Source: Chiloscyllium plagiosum | Lineage: Eukaryota | Assembly: GCF_004010195.1 (NCBI RefSeq) | Contig: NC_057719.1 | Span: forward strand, 25,431,697 to 25,471,643 | Length of the DNA stretch: 39,947 nucleotides | Reading direction: 5' to 3' | Part shown: positions 11,424-21,944 of the stretch, piece after piece | Numbering within the stretch: position 1 is the stretch's first letter | How the letters are laid out: every line of letters begins with the position of its first letter | Notes under the pieces: generated by a model | Databases searched by the model: none | The model's input: the letters and a program-made list of their open reading frames with translations, nothing else | Told to the model about the DNA's origin: nothing | Program-made: the position numbers and the translations under genes

Positions 11424-12414
11424 CGAAGGCATTGGTTTAAGGTGAGAGGGGAGAGATACAAAACAGTCCAGAGGAGCCATTCTTTCATACAGAGGGTGGT
11501 GAGTATCTGGAATGAGCTACCAGAGGTAGTGGTGGAAGCGAATGCAATTTCATCCTTTAAGAGACATTTACACAGATACATGGATGGAATAGGTATGGAC
11601 CACATGCAGGCAAATGTTTAAATCGTGAAAATTGGGTGGCATGGGCATGTTGAGATGAAGGGCTTGTTTCCATGCTGTACACCTCCATGACTCTAAGAAA
11701 GAATCTACTTGGATATTTTCTAAACATTTTTTGGTTAACAGTACAGATAATCCTAGGCTTATGTTTTAAAAACCAGTCTCTGAAATGTTCTCATAAGCAG
11801 CTACATAAATGTGAGAATATAAAGAGAATGCTCAGAACAGATGTTCCTCTGAGTGGGTTTAATTATATTAGACATAATTGCATTTGCATTAAAATGAAGG
11901 TGTTTGTTCTTTGGAGCTAGTTGTTGTTTTGCTGAAGGATTTTATTTTGCATGTTGCGAATAGATTTCAAATGAGAAATAAGAAAAGTTTTAAAAACATG
12001 TTGTTTTCTGAACCAACCAATACAGGTCATGTGACAAACTTATCTCAGACAGACTACTTTGTATTCAATGTTCCAGATAATGAAACATAATACGCTTGCA
12101 AATGTTGTCATTAATAAGAATTAGATGTTACCTTCAGCACAAATTTTAAGCTGTTACTAAAGTGTATCTCAGAGCCAAAAATTCCAAAACCGTGATCATA
12201 AATGAAACCCTATGAACATTTGGTGATTTAATTCAAAAAGTGTCACATTTTATAATAAGTCACAAAACTCAAATTGAGAGGGAAAGCGGAGTAATCCGTT
12301 TCCAAATTTGGTGGAATACCTTGTCTGCCAGACACACATAGAATAATTAAGACCTACTGCCCAAGATTTTCTGACCATTCATCTGAACAGTTGGAAAATA
12401 GGAAATTTCATGTA

Positions 12415-13251
12415 GGGGAAAGTGGGGACTGCAGATGCTGGAGATCAGAGTCAAAAAGTATGGCCCTGGAAAAGCATTAGCAGGTCAGGCAGCATCCGAG
12501 GAGCAGGAAAATCGATATTTCGAGCATAAGCCCTTCCTCAGGACTGCAGGGAGTGGGAAGTTCCAAGGGAGCTGAGAAATAAATGGGGGTGTGTGGGGCT
12601 GGTGGAAGGTACCTGGGAATGTGATAGATAGATGAAGGTGGTGAGTGATGGTGATAGGTCAGAGTGGAGGGTGGAGCAGATAGGTGGGAAGGAAGATGGA
12701 CAGGTAGGACAGTTCAAGATGGCAGTGTCAATTTGGAGGGTTGGATCTGGGATAAGGTGGGGGGAGGGAAGATGAGGAAACTGGTGAAATCGTGTAGTTG
12801 GAGAGTGCCAAGGCAGAAGATGAGGTGTTCTTCCCCCAGGCATCGGATGGCTAGGATTTGACGGTGGAGGAGGCCCAGGACTTGCATGTCCTTACTGGAG
12901 TGGGAGGGGGAGTTGAAGTGTTCAGCCACAGGGCTGTAGGGTTGTATAGTGTGTGTGTGTCTCGAAGATGTTTTCTGAAACATTCTACAAGTTGGCGTCC
13001 AATCTCCCCAGTGTAGAGGTGACCACATCGAGAGCAACGGGCACAGTAGATGAGGTGTTTGGAGGTGCAGGAAAATCTCTGCCGGATATAGAAAAATCCA
13101 TTATTGAAATGTTTCTTTATGCATTCGTGATGAAGGGCTTTTGCCTGAAATGTTGATTTCCCTGCTCTTCAGATGCTGCCTGACCTGCTGTGCTTTTCCA
13201 GCACCACACTCTCGACTCTAATCTCCAGCATCTGCAGTCCTCACTTTTGCC
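12415..13251 (-). mobile_element. Penelope-like element derivative: GIY-YIG endonuclease remnant between ~130-bp inverted terminal repeats
   Basis: Minus strand from 13085 reads RQRFSCTSKHLIYCARCSRCGHLYTGEIGRQLVECFRKHLRD, then PVAEHFNSPSHS..DMQVLGL...LIFCLGTLQ; arms 12415-12545 and 13121-13251 are reverse complements. Confidence 0.85.
12510..12545 (-). ncRNA. Putative minimal type I hammerhead ribozyme in the Penelope-like terminal repeat
   Basis: Minus strand AGUC-CUGAGGA-A-GGGC-UUAU-GCUC-GAAA-UA-UC-GAUU: CUGANGA and GAAA cores, stem II, palindromic AUAU in place of helix III and a 4-bp stem I. Confidence 0.55.
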
Positions 13252-13402
13252 GATATTTTTTGTGCAGTTGAAACTTCATATTACCCCTGAGCAGTTAACA
13301 GAGAGCTGTGCACAAGTCACATTATAAATTGAATTATAACAAGGAATGTATGCTACATATAAGTGTACATGATAATTAAGTTTGGCTAAAATTCAGAGCT
13401 TT

Positions 13403-13520
13403 GGGCTCTTGTAGCATATTGGTAGTGTCCCTATCTCTGAGCCAGGAGACCTGGTTTCAAGTGCCACCTGCTCCAGAGATATGTACTGCAATAATGTCTC
13501 AAAACAGTTTGATTAGAAAA
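13403..13520 (+). mobile_element. Short tRNA-derived SINE
   Basis: A-box-like tagcatattgg, B-box-like ggtttcaagtgcc, ends gattagaaaa; homologous to 24617-24743. Confidence 0.7.
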
Positions 13521-14390
13521 CAAAAAAAGTGTATACCCTTTTAAATATTTAATTTAGAGATATTGAAGGAACAAAAATGTTGATTCATCATACTTACCTT
13601 TTGTTCAAAAATCCCCCACCTGCACCACCCAAGGTATTACATGTCAAAGAGCAACCATTAGTCTGTTCTCTTAATAGTACTAACAAAACATGGATATACA
13701 ATATCAAAATGCCAAAAATCTATTCATAAAATACAAATACATTTCACATTTGATACAGCAAGAAGATATATGCACATAGATATGATTTTTCTTCATAGAA
13801 TTGTATTATTAACTCCAAGTTTCATCTGTTATCTGTAACCCACACCTCTTTGCCATTACTGTATAAACTATCTGTTATTTGCTTTAAGTGTGAGAATGAA
13901 TCAGGCTGGATTGAACTGATAGTCCTTTAGCTAAACAGTCCCAATTTATTTTGCTTTATTGTTAAGTGGCCTCTTGTGTAGTGCATCTATTGGCAAAGTA
14001 ACTAGCTTGAGTGACATTCAGCCAGCTTTAGAATCTCTATATCTCTCAAGAAAACTGCAGGGAAATGTGATTCTGTGTTTTAAAATTCTGAGGGAAGTGA
14101 ATAATCACACTGGCTTAGTATATGAATGTAGAGCTATGTCATGAAGCATGACAATTCATCACAATTCATCACAAATCAGCCTCAAGCAAGACATGAATCG
14201 AGGAGAATAATTTTCACCACAATAGTGAATATATGAAGATCATGCTGCAGTGAATAACATCCTTAAAATGAGCTGATAGTTATCAAAGGTTTGTGTTTTA
14301 CCAAGTCTTGCTTCGACAGACAATGCAGATTGTGACAAACCTGACATATTCCAGGATATTGTTAACTCCTTTGCATTGTGAATATCTGGT

Positions 14391-14787
14391 TCATAAGTCA
14401 GAGTTATAGAGTTATAGAGATGGACAGCACCCTTTGCTTGAAAAAGTTGCCCCTTAGGTCCCTTTTAAATCATTCGCCTCTCACCTTAAACCTTCACCCT
14501 TTGGTTCTGGACTCCCATGCCAGGCAAAATACCTTGTCTATTTACCCTATCCGTATCCCTCATGATTTTATAAACCTCTATAAGATCACCCCTCAGCCTT
14601 TGATGCTCCAGGGAAAACAGCCCCAGCCACTCAGCCTCTCCCTGTAGCTCAAACCCGCTAACCCTGGCAACATCCTTGTAAACCTTTTCTGAACCCTTTC
14701 AATTTTTACAACACCCCTCCTATGACCAGAATTGCACACATTATTCCAAAAGTGACCGAACCAATGTCCTGCACAGCGACATCATGA
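14391..14787 (-). mobile_element. HER1-like CR1 3' fragment with internal deletion
   Basis: Degenerate tail gagttatagagttatagag; reverse complement of the family at 10943-11423. Confidence 0.85.
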
Positions 14788-14924
14788 TGTGGTTCAGGAT
14801 GTAAGTGTTCACTTTCAAGAATAAAACTTTTAGTTTGACTAAGACTGATTTAATTTGATTTATTGTAGTCACGTGTACCTAAGCAGTACAGACAGATCAT
14901 CACAAACAAGGACATACAGATCAC

Positions 14925-15476
14925 TAGGAGAAAGTGAGAACTGCAGATCTGGAGATCACAGTCAAAAAGTGTGGTGCTGGAAAAGCACAGCAGGCCATGT
15001 TGGGGGAGAGGGGATGTGGTGTGGCCAAGGGGGCTGAGAGATAAATGGGAGGTGTTGGGACTGGGGGGAAGATAGCTTGGAAGCAATAGGTAGATGAAGG
15101 TGGGAGGTGATGGTGATAGATCAGAGCGGATGGTGGAATGGATAGGTGGGAAGGAAGATGGACAGGTAGGACAGTTCAAGACGGCAGTGCCGAATTGGAA
15201 GGTTGCAGAATTATTCAGGGAACACATTGGGGCACACGCACCCAACAGCCCTATGGCCAACCACTTCAACTCCCTCTTCCCACTCTGCCAAGAACATGCA
15301 AGTCCTGGGCCTCCTCCACTGCCAAATCCAAGCCACCAGACACCTAGAGGAGAAACGCCTCATCTTTTGCATTGGGACCCTCCAACCACATGCCATCAAT
15401 GTCAATTTCACCAGTTTTGTTATCTTCCTTCCCTCCAACTTATCCCAGATCCAACCTTCCAATGCAGCCCTGCCCA
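14925..15476. mobile_element. Rearranged Penelope-like derivative of the 12415-13251 family with an internal inversion
   Basis: Starts taggagaaagtgagaactgcagat; colinear with 12415-12745 until ~15205, then the GIY-YIG C-terminus appears on the plus strand (ANHFNS...MQVLGLLHCQIQATRHLEEKRLIFCIGTLQPHAIN). Confidence 0.8.
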
Positions 15477-15969
15477 GTTGAAATTCAAATACTATTAGGA
15501 GTATATTTTTGTGGACGGATATAAATTGGCGAATACTTTTAAAATGTCTTATGATCACTAGATATGAAGGAAGGCGTTTCTCAATTCTGAAAACTTATGG
15601 TGTGACATCCAGCCAAACACACAACTTCAAGAATAGAGATTAGAGTCTAACTTGTACCCCTCCCATCTTAATCCTCCCACCACATTCATCTTATTTCATT
15701 CTTCCCAGCCATAGTAACAATCAGTTGAAAGTTGGGAACGATGCACAGTTAGCACTGATCTGTTACTGCCGATTCACAATGGTGGCATTGATCATGAAAT
15801 TGTGTCCTGATTTGTTTGGAAAGCATTTTGTCTGCAGCAAAAAACAGTAAAACTGGTCTGAGTGGTCTGGCATATTTGAAAATGGAACTCCAGTATGACT
15901 GTACATTTAGTTCCAAGCTTTATGTTTTTTTTTGCTGATAACCTCTGGGTTATCACAACTGAAAGGATT

Positions 15970-16737
15970 GATTAGTATGTTGGCAGGTGATACCAAAATT
16001 AGACGCATAGTGGACAGTGAAGAAGGTTATCTCAGTGTACAAAGGGACCTTGATCAGATAGGCTGAGGAGTGGCAGATGGATTTTAATTTAGGTAAATGT
16101 GAGGTGTTGCGCAAGTGCAGATTCATAGTTTCTTTAAGATGGAGCCATTGGTCAATAGGATCGTGAAGAAGGCATTTGATATGCTAACCTTTATTGATCA
16201 GTGCATTAAGTGTAGGAGTTGGGATGTCATGTTGTGGCTGTACATGTTATGCCACTTTTGGAAAACAGTATTCAATTCTAGTCTCCCTGCTTTAGGAGAG
16301 GTACTGTGAAACTTGAAAAGATTCAGAAAAGCTTTACAAGGATGTTGCCAGGATTGGAGAGTTTGTGCTATAGGGAGAGAATGAATATGCTGGGAATTTT
16401 TTTCCTTATAGCGTTGGAGGCTGAGGGGTGACCTGATAGAGGTTTATAAAATCATGAGGGGCATGGATAGGATGAATAGTCAAGGTCTTTTTCCCAGGAT
16501 AGGAACAAAAAGGGCATAGGTTTAAGGTGAAAGAGGAAAGAGGAAAGAGGACAGAGGCTGGTGCATATTTGAGAAGTGGTGGAGGCTGGTACAATTACAT
16601 TTAAAAAGCAGTAGGAAAGGTTTAGAGGGATATGGGCAAAATGCAGACAAGTGTGACTAGTTTAGTTTAGGAAACTTGGTCAGCATAGACCAGTTGGACT
16701 GAAGGGCCTGTTTCCGTGCTACATGACTCTATGATTC
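15970..16737 (+). mobile_element. Degenerate HER1-like CR1 3' region with deletions
   Basis: Decayed FADDTKI-like motif at 15977-16000, RLRGDLIEVYKIMRG at 16417-16461 and tail atgactctatgattc. Confidence 0.85.
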
Positions 16738-16739
16738 CA

Positions 16740-17144
16740 AACTGGTGTTGTTTTCTATAGAGCAGTGAAGGCTGGGTTAGACGGTCCTGATTAATGTGTA
16801 CAAAATTGTGAGAGGTACAGATAGGATAGATAGGATGAAACATTACTCCTTAGTACAGGGATCAATAACTAGAGGCATAGATTTAAAGTGAGGGACAGGA
16901 GGTTTAGAGGGGATTTATGGAGGAATTTTGTTCACCAGTCGGTGGTGTATATTCGGAACTCACTGCCTGAAAGACTGGAACGATCACAACATTTATGAAG
17001 TATTAGATGATCTCTTAAAGCTTCATATAAAGCTACAGGCCAAGTGCTGAAAAATTGGACTACAGTAATTAGGTGCTCAATGACCAGTATAAACACAACA
17101 GGCCAAAAGGCCTCTTTCTGTAATGTAGAACTCTATGGTTCTAT
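16740..17144 (+). mobile_element. Degenerate CR1 3' fragment
   Basis: actagaggcatagatttaaagtgaggg, cggaactcactgcctga and tail ctctatggttctatg. Confidence 0.75.
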
Positions 17145-17591
17145 GGCCCACCACCTCACAACCCCTACTGCATACTATGTGCACTCAAGTGCAAAATCTA
17201 CACTTTGAAATTTTTGATTTTGTTGAACAACCTTCTTTATTTAGAAAGCAGTGTTGCTGCCAAATAGTGCACACAGGTCTAGGAGGAAGCTAGATAATTG
17301 AGAAAGATGAGAGGAATATGGTGACGTGAGGTTAGGCTGATGTGGAGCTTTAACCCCACAGAAAACTTATTGGGCAAATAGTGTATATCTACATTACAGA
17401 TTGTATGTTAAGTGAAAGCAACATATTTATCACTAAATTTAGCCAAAGGTTTTAAGAAAAATAATGTATCATTTGTGGGCCCATGTGTAAAGTTATAAGA
17501 TGCAAACCAAATATACCACCCCAGTACATGTTTAGTCCTTAATTTAGGTTTAATATTTAATCTGAAACTTAGTTTGATACATGAATCGTGT

Positions 17592-17761
17592 GTTTCAAAA
17601 TCTTTAAATGAATTTAAACTGTCTTTGTCTGATATACTGCCCAGCTCTGCAGCTTCTCTATATCCTGCTGTAACCTGCCACATCCTTCCTCACTGTCAAC
17701 AACTCCTCCGACTTTCGTTTCAAAATCTTTAAATGAATTTAAACTGTCTTTGTCTGATATA
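17592..17761. repeat. Perfect 45-bp direct repeat (17592-17636, 17717-17761) flanking an 80-bp internal CR1 RT fragment on the minus strand
   Basis: gtttcaaaatctttaaatgaatttaaactgtctttgtctgatata occurs twice; the insert translates on the minus strand to KVGGVVDSEEGCGRLQQDIEKLQSWA. Confidence 0.9.
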
Positions 17762-18776
17762 TTACTTTATTAGTAAGGGATACTTGCCACGTACATTATT
17801 GAATATGAGAACAATAGGCTTTGAAGTTGCTCTTTTATTTCAGTTATCAGAAATTAAATTGAGTGTTCACTAATAGTTAGCACATGATACTTGCAACAAT
17901 TTCACATGTGGTGGCTTTATTCCTGTTCAGTCAATATGATTCCATTGAAATTGAGTCAATTGAAGATAATTGAATGTTCTGCAGATGATTGTTCTATGGA
18001 CAGCTGGTCATGAATGTTGAAAGCCATTTCATTATTAAAAGGCAGCAATTGTGTTTGTGGACTTTAGCATTCTCCATGTAAGTGATCAGGTCGTAACCAT
18101 TTCAAAATAATTTCCACTCTGGTTTACTTGAAATGGAATTAGGTGTAGGTGCTCTTATAAAATACAAAAAAAAACATTGCAACAAGAAACACTATACAGA
18201 TCAATGTAGATTTTTTTTAATGTAGGCACTGCATGTTTTATTGGAAATGATTTGATTATAATCAGGTGTGATTTTAACACCCAGCATCATGAACTTTCAA
18301 TTCTAGTTAAACATGATATAGAGTACTGACTCTTCCTCATCACAATTTTCACCACAGAAAATGCCAAGCTCTGTGCTAGAATTCTGATGTGTTTATTGCT
18401 CTGGTTGGCAACGTGATGAAAAGGAGAGCACATTGTGATATTGAGCTTGCTGGTGAACATGAAGATTTTAGAGTGTAATTAAAAACATTTGATCCAACTG
18501 AATGGGCATATGGAGCAGAAAGTTTGACTTTTGTCAAGCTAAAAGGAGGACAGATTGGGTAAGGTCAGGAATCGAATGCAAAGATTGTGGTACATGATTA
18601 ACCCCTCTTCACTTGCAGAGATGCAAGCAACATGCAAATCTAGTGGTGTCTGCTGATCTACATGATAGCGCTGTGCAGCCCAGGATTAAGCACACTGCTG
18701 CAAAGCTAAGAGACTTAGTTCCTGTGAGGGTGGCACCACTTAGTTAGCATTTATTACTTAGAGTTACACAGTAACT

Positions 18777-18939
18777 AACTCAGCCACATTAGGGAGATTT
18801 AAACAATCCTTGGATGATCACATGGATGATGATGGGATAGTGTAGGGGGACGAGTTGAGAATAGTTCACGGGTCGGCACAACATCGAGGGCCAAAGGGCC
18901 TGTTTTGTGCTGTATTGTTCAATGTTCTATGTTCTATGT
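18777..18939 (+). mobile_element. CR1 3' fragment, same subfamily as 1325-2965
   Basis: catggatgatgatgggatagtgtagg...gttctatgttctatg is the reverse complement of ~1325-1480. Confidence 0.88.
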
Positions 18940-19228
18940 ATGTCTTGAAGTTATAATGTTTTCTGGACACAGAGGTTGCTGGAAGTGGCTGGAGAAGAGT
19001 CTCTGAGAAGATGATGCGTTAAGCTTGAGAGTGTGATCCAAGACTCTGATGAAGACTGAAGGTCTTGGTATGAAAGCTAGACAAGATGACAGGGATTGCC
19101 TTCCATAGCAAGGCAAACATTGCTTTCCCTCCAGACAAACAGTACGATGTCTAGCTTTGAGGACCCAGACATAGTATCACAAAAACAAATGACTCTGCAG
19201 GAACATTCAACGTCTGTGAATATGTCTT

Positions 19229-19537
19229 TAGATTAGATTAGATTACAGTGTGGAAACAGGCCCTTCGGCCCAACAAGTCCACACCGACCCGCCGAAGCGC
19301 AACCCAGCCATACCCCTACATTTACCCCTTACCTAACACTACGGGCAATTTAGCATGGCCAATTCACCTGACCCGCACATCTTTGGACAGTGGGAGGAAA
19401 CCGGAGCACCCGGAGGAAACCCACGCAGACACGGGGAGAATGTGCAAACTCCACACAGTCAGTCGCCTGAGGCAGGAATTGAACCCAGGTCTCTGGCGCT
19501 GTGAGGCAGCAGTGCTAACCACTGTGCCACCATGCCG
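19229..19537 (-). mobile_element. Near full-length HE1-type V-SINE (tRNA head, V domain, CR1-like tail)
   Basis: Minus strand starts cggcatggtggcacagtggttagcactgctgcctcacagcgccag (A box), ggttcaattcc (B box), gtgtctgcgtgggtttcctccgggtgctccggtttcctccc and a (TCTAA)n tail; GTCTT at 19224-19228 and 19537-19541. Confidence 0.9.
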
Positions 19538-19699
19538 TCTTCACTCACCATATTGTTACAAATGAATCATGGAATGTATTACTTGAATGAATGTCCTTAG
19601 AATACAACTGCATAACAAACATGAAACTGCCACAGGATGGCTGGACATGCTACAAACATGCTGTTGCCTTAATCTCTGCATCTCAATTCTCAGTCAGGA

Positions 19700-20540
19700 A
19701 ATTAAAATGTTGTATCCTGCCTACTTCATTTACCTTGCACACATTTCCAGTGTTGCACGTTCCATAAAATTCCTCCCACACATTTACAATATCAAACCAC
19801 TTGATAATCCAGAAGATGTCTATCAGCTTACCCCTCATCTCTTTTCTAGAGAAAAATACCCCAACCTGTTCAGTATTTCCTGTAAGGCATAACCTCTCAG
19901 TTATCATTCCACTAATTGTTTTTCACCTTCTCTATAGCTTTCTGTCCTTTTAATAGTAGGAGGACTGCTAGTCACAGAGGGGTCTGACCAAGGCATAATA
20001 AATGGTAAAGTCATCATAGTGTTATCATATCAAAGGGATGACTGCTGGTGGTTTAACCTGAGGGTCACCATGCCTCAGGCAAGGCAAGAGGTTGAGGAGG
20101 AGAGGCCTTCATGGTAAACTCAGCCAGTGTGGAAATTAAACCCATGCTGTTGATAGCACACTGCAAACCAGCTATCCAGCTAACTGAGCTAATTGATCCC
20201 CAAAACATCAATGCAAGTTTAACAAAACACTATTTTTCTATTCTGTCCCTATCAAAATGAACTTTTGCCTTTTTAATGGCCTTTTAGACCTGCATTACTA
20301 CATTTGGTGATTGTATGTATTTATAGCTCCAAATTCATTTATCCCATTTAGATATTTATTTTCCAAAAAGTATGTGGCTTCTTTACTCTTTTTACTAAAA
20401 TTTACCAATTCACACTTATCTGTCATAAAGAGATTTAACAATTACTGTCCAATCTGCAAGTTTAGTAAAGTCTTGATGTATTTTGTCATAATCCTCCTCA
20501 ATTATCTACACACGCTAATCTGATGTCATCACCAAATGTG
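19700..20540 (-). mobile_element. Highly decayed CR1 remnant interrupted by a SINE
   Basis: Minus-strand GVFFSRKEMRGKLIDIFWIIK resembles LFSLExRRLRGDLIEVFKIIK; an RT-like continuation lies at 20215-20540. Confidence 0.55.
20001..20201 (-). mobile_element. tRNA-derived SINE of a separate family
   Basis: Minus strand starts ggggatcaattagctcagttagctgg (A box), gggtttaatttcc (B-box-like), contains the hairpin cctgag-gcatggtgacc-ctcagg and ends atgactttaccattt. Confidence 0.7.
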
Positions 20541-21944
20541 GAAATTGACCTCTAATTTATAATAATAAGGTGCATTAATATAACAACCCTAATAATGTGC
20601 CAAGGTACTTATGGGTTCATTAACAAACATAATTTGACACACATCATGTTAAAAGATATTAAGACAGGTGACCAAAAACTTGATCAAACAGGAGCAGAGT
20701 GCAGTAGAGAAGCAGTAGGGAGAAGATTTCAGAGTTCTGAAGTCAGAAAGCTGATGGCCACTTGCATTGATCACTAAACAAAAAAAAGCTCCCAAAGAAA
20801 TTGGAGGGCACAGTTTTACTGTTGGTTGCACATATTGGTAAAGATTACTCTGCTTTCTTTTCATCCTCAATGTTTCCGAACTCAAAATGTCTGAAATCAG
20901 TGGCAAACCCTGTCGGCTTCTCTCAGGGGCTAGGGGTTGAAGATAGGCAGATGCAGATTCATGTAGACTTGGAGGGAGAAGCTAGAGGAAATGGGAAACC
21001 GGGGGGGTCATAGGAAGAGCTGTGGAGCCTTTTTGCCATGAACATTTGATTGGGTAACCCACTTGGATGTTAATGTCTGGACGGCATGGACATACTGAGT
21101 GTCTCCTTGGCAGAGGTAAGTGGTTCCTCCGTGGCATGAACCTATAAAGTGGGAGGGGGCCAGGCAGGGTGGATGTGAAGGGCCCAGCCACTTCCGTATT
21201 GTCTAGAGGGGAGTTTTCTGAGGGACCTGTGTGTACTTCCTTCTGTCAGGTGGTGCATCCTGGCATTGCCTTGCAAGGAAGGGGTATTTGGAGTGAGTGC
21301 CAGATTGCCAACCCCCTATCACCATTCTTTTGGTCTGTGTGCAGATCCAGCAAACCCTGTGAGTGCTGGACCTGGAGCTCCGTGCAATCGCAAGCTTGAT
21401 GCAGTTGATTCCCATAGAGTAACTGCACCCCTGCAGCCTCAGGGCAATGGGGGCCATTCTGTCCCAAACACCTGTCTGCTGTTCCTGTTCCATGCTTTGA
21501 AGTGGATCCCTGATTGCAGACAGCACAGGGCTCTCTCATGCATCCTCCAAGTGCCAGAGGCCTGCAGTTTTTCTTCCTCAGCCAGTTAGGGAGCTGTCTC
21601 CAGTTTGTTCTTACAGACTTAATAAGATTAACATTGCCACTGAGGGGTCAGTCTCTGGGCTGGTAAGGAAGTGAAGGAGGCCAACTTGTCAATATTTCCA
21701 CTGAATATCTTGGAACTCTCTCCCTCAGAGGTGACTTCTGGAGAATTAGCCCCATTTCTCCACCAGCTTCATGGACATCCCACTGGTACCTGCCAAAAAA
21801 CAAGGGAAAGGAGACACACTAGAAGTAGTGTGAAATATATTGTCCGTGGGATTAATATGAGAGTTGCAGTGCACCCAGGTACCTTACTATCCCCATAGGA
21901 GCAGGCCGGGTCTTCTTCCTGTCCACACAGGAGAATAAATTAAT

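Larger units (their letters stand above)
8045..11697 (+). mobile_element. Old CR1 LINE ORF2 remnant carrying two nested younger CR1 insertions (8296-9279 and 10943-11423)
   Basis: The host reads REPWM|SRVIEALV across the first insert; then [39 protein letters not shown]; ends ccatgctgtacacctccatgactcta. Confidence 0.88.

Noticed and set aside
14151..14174. acaattcatc tandem duplication
   Set aside because: Ordinary 10-bp slippage duplication inside a decayed CR1-like stretch.
17592..17761. Repeat-spacer-repeat resembling a CRISPR unit
   Set aside because: Only two repeats, vertebrate context, no cas genes, and the spacer is a CR1 fragment.
19248..19565. 105-aa ORF, or a tRNA gene at the element head
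   Set aside because: Antisense reading of an HE1-type SINE; the head has A/B boxes but continues into the SINE body rather than a full cloverleaf.
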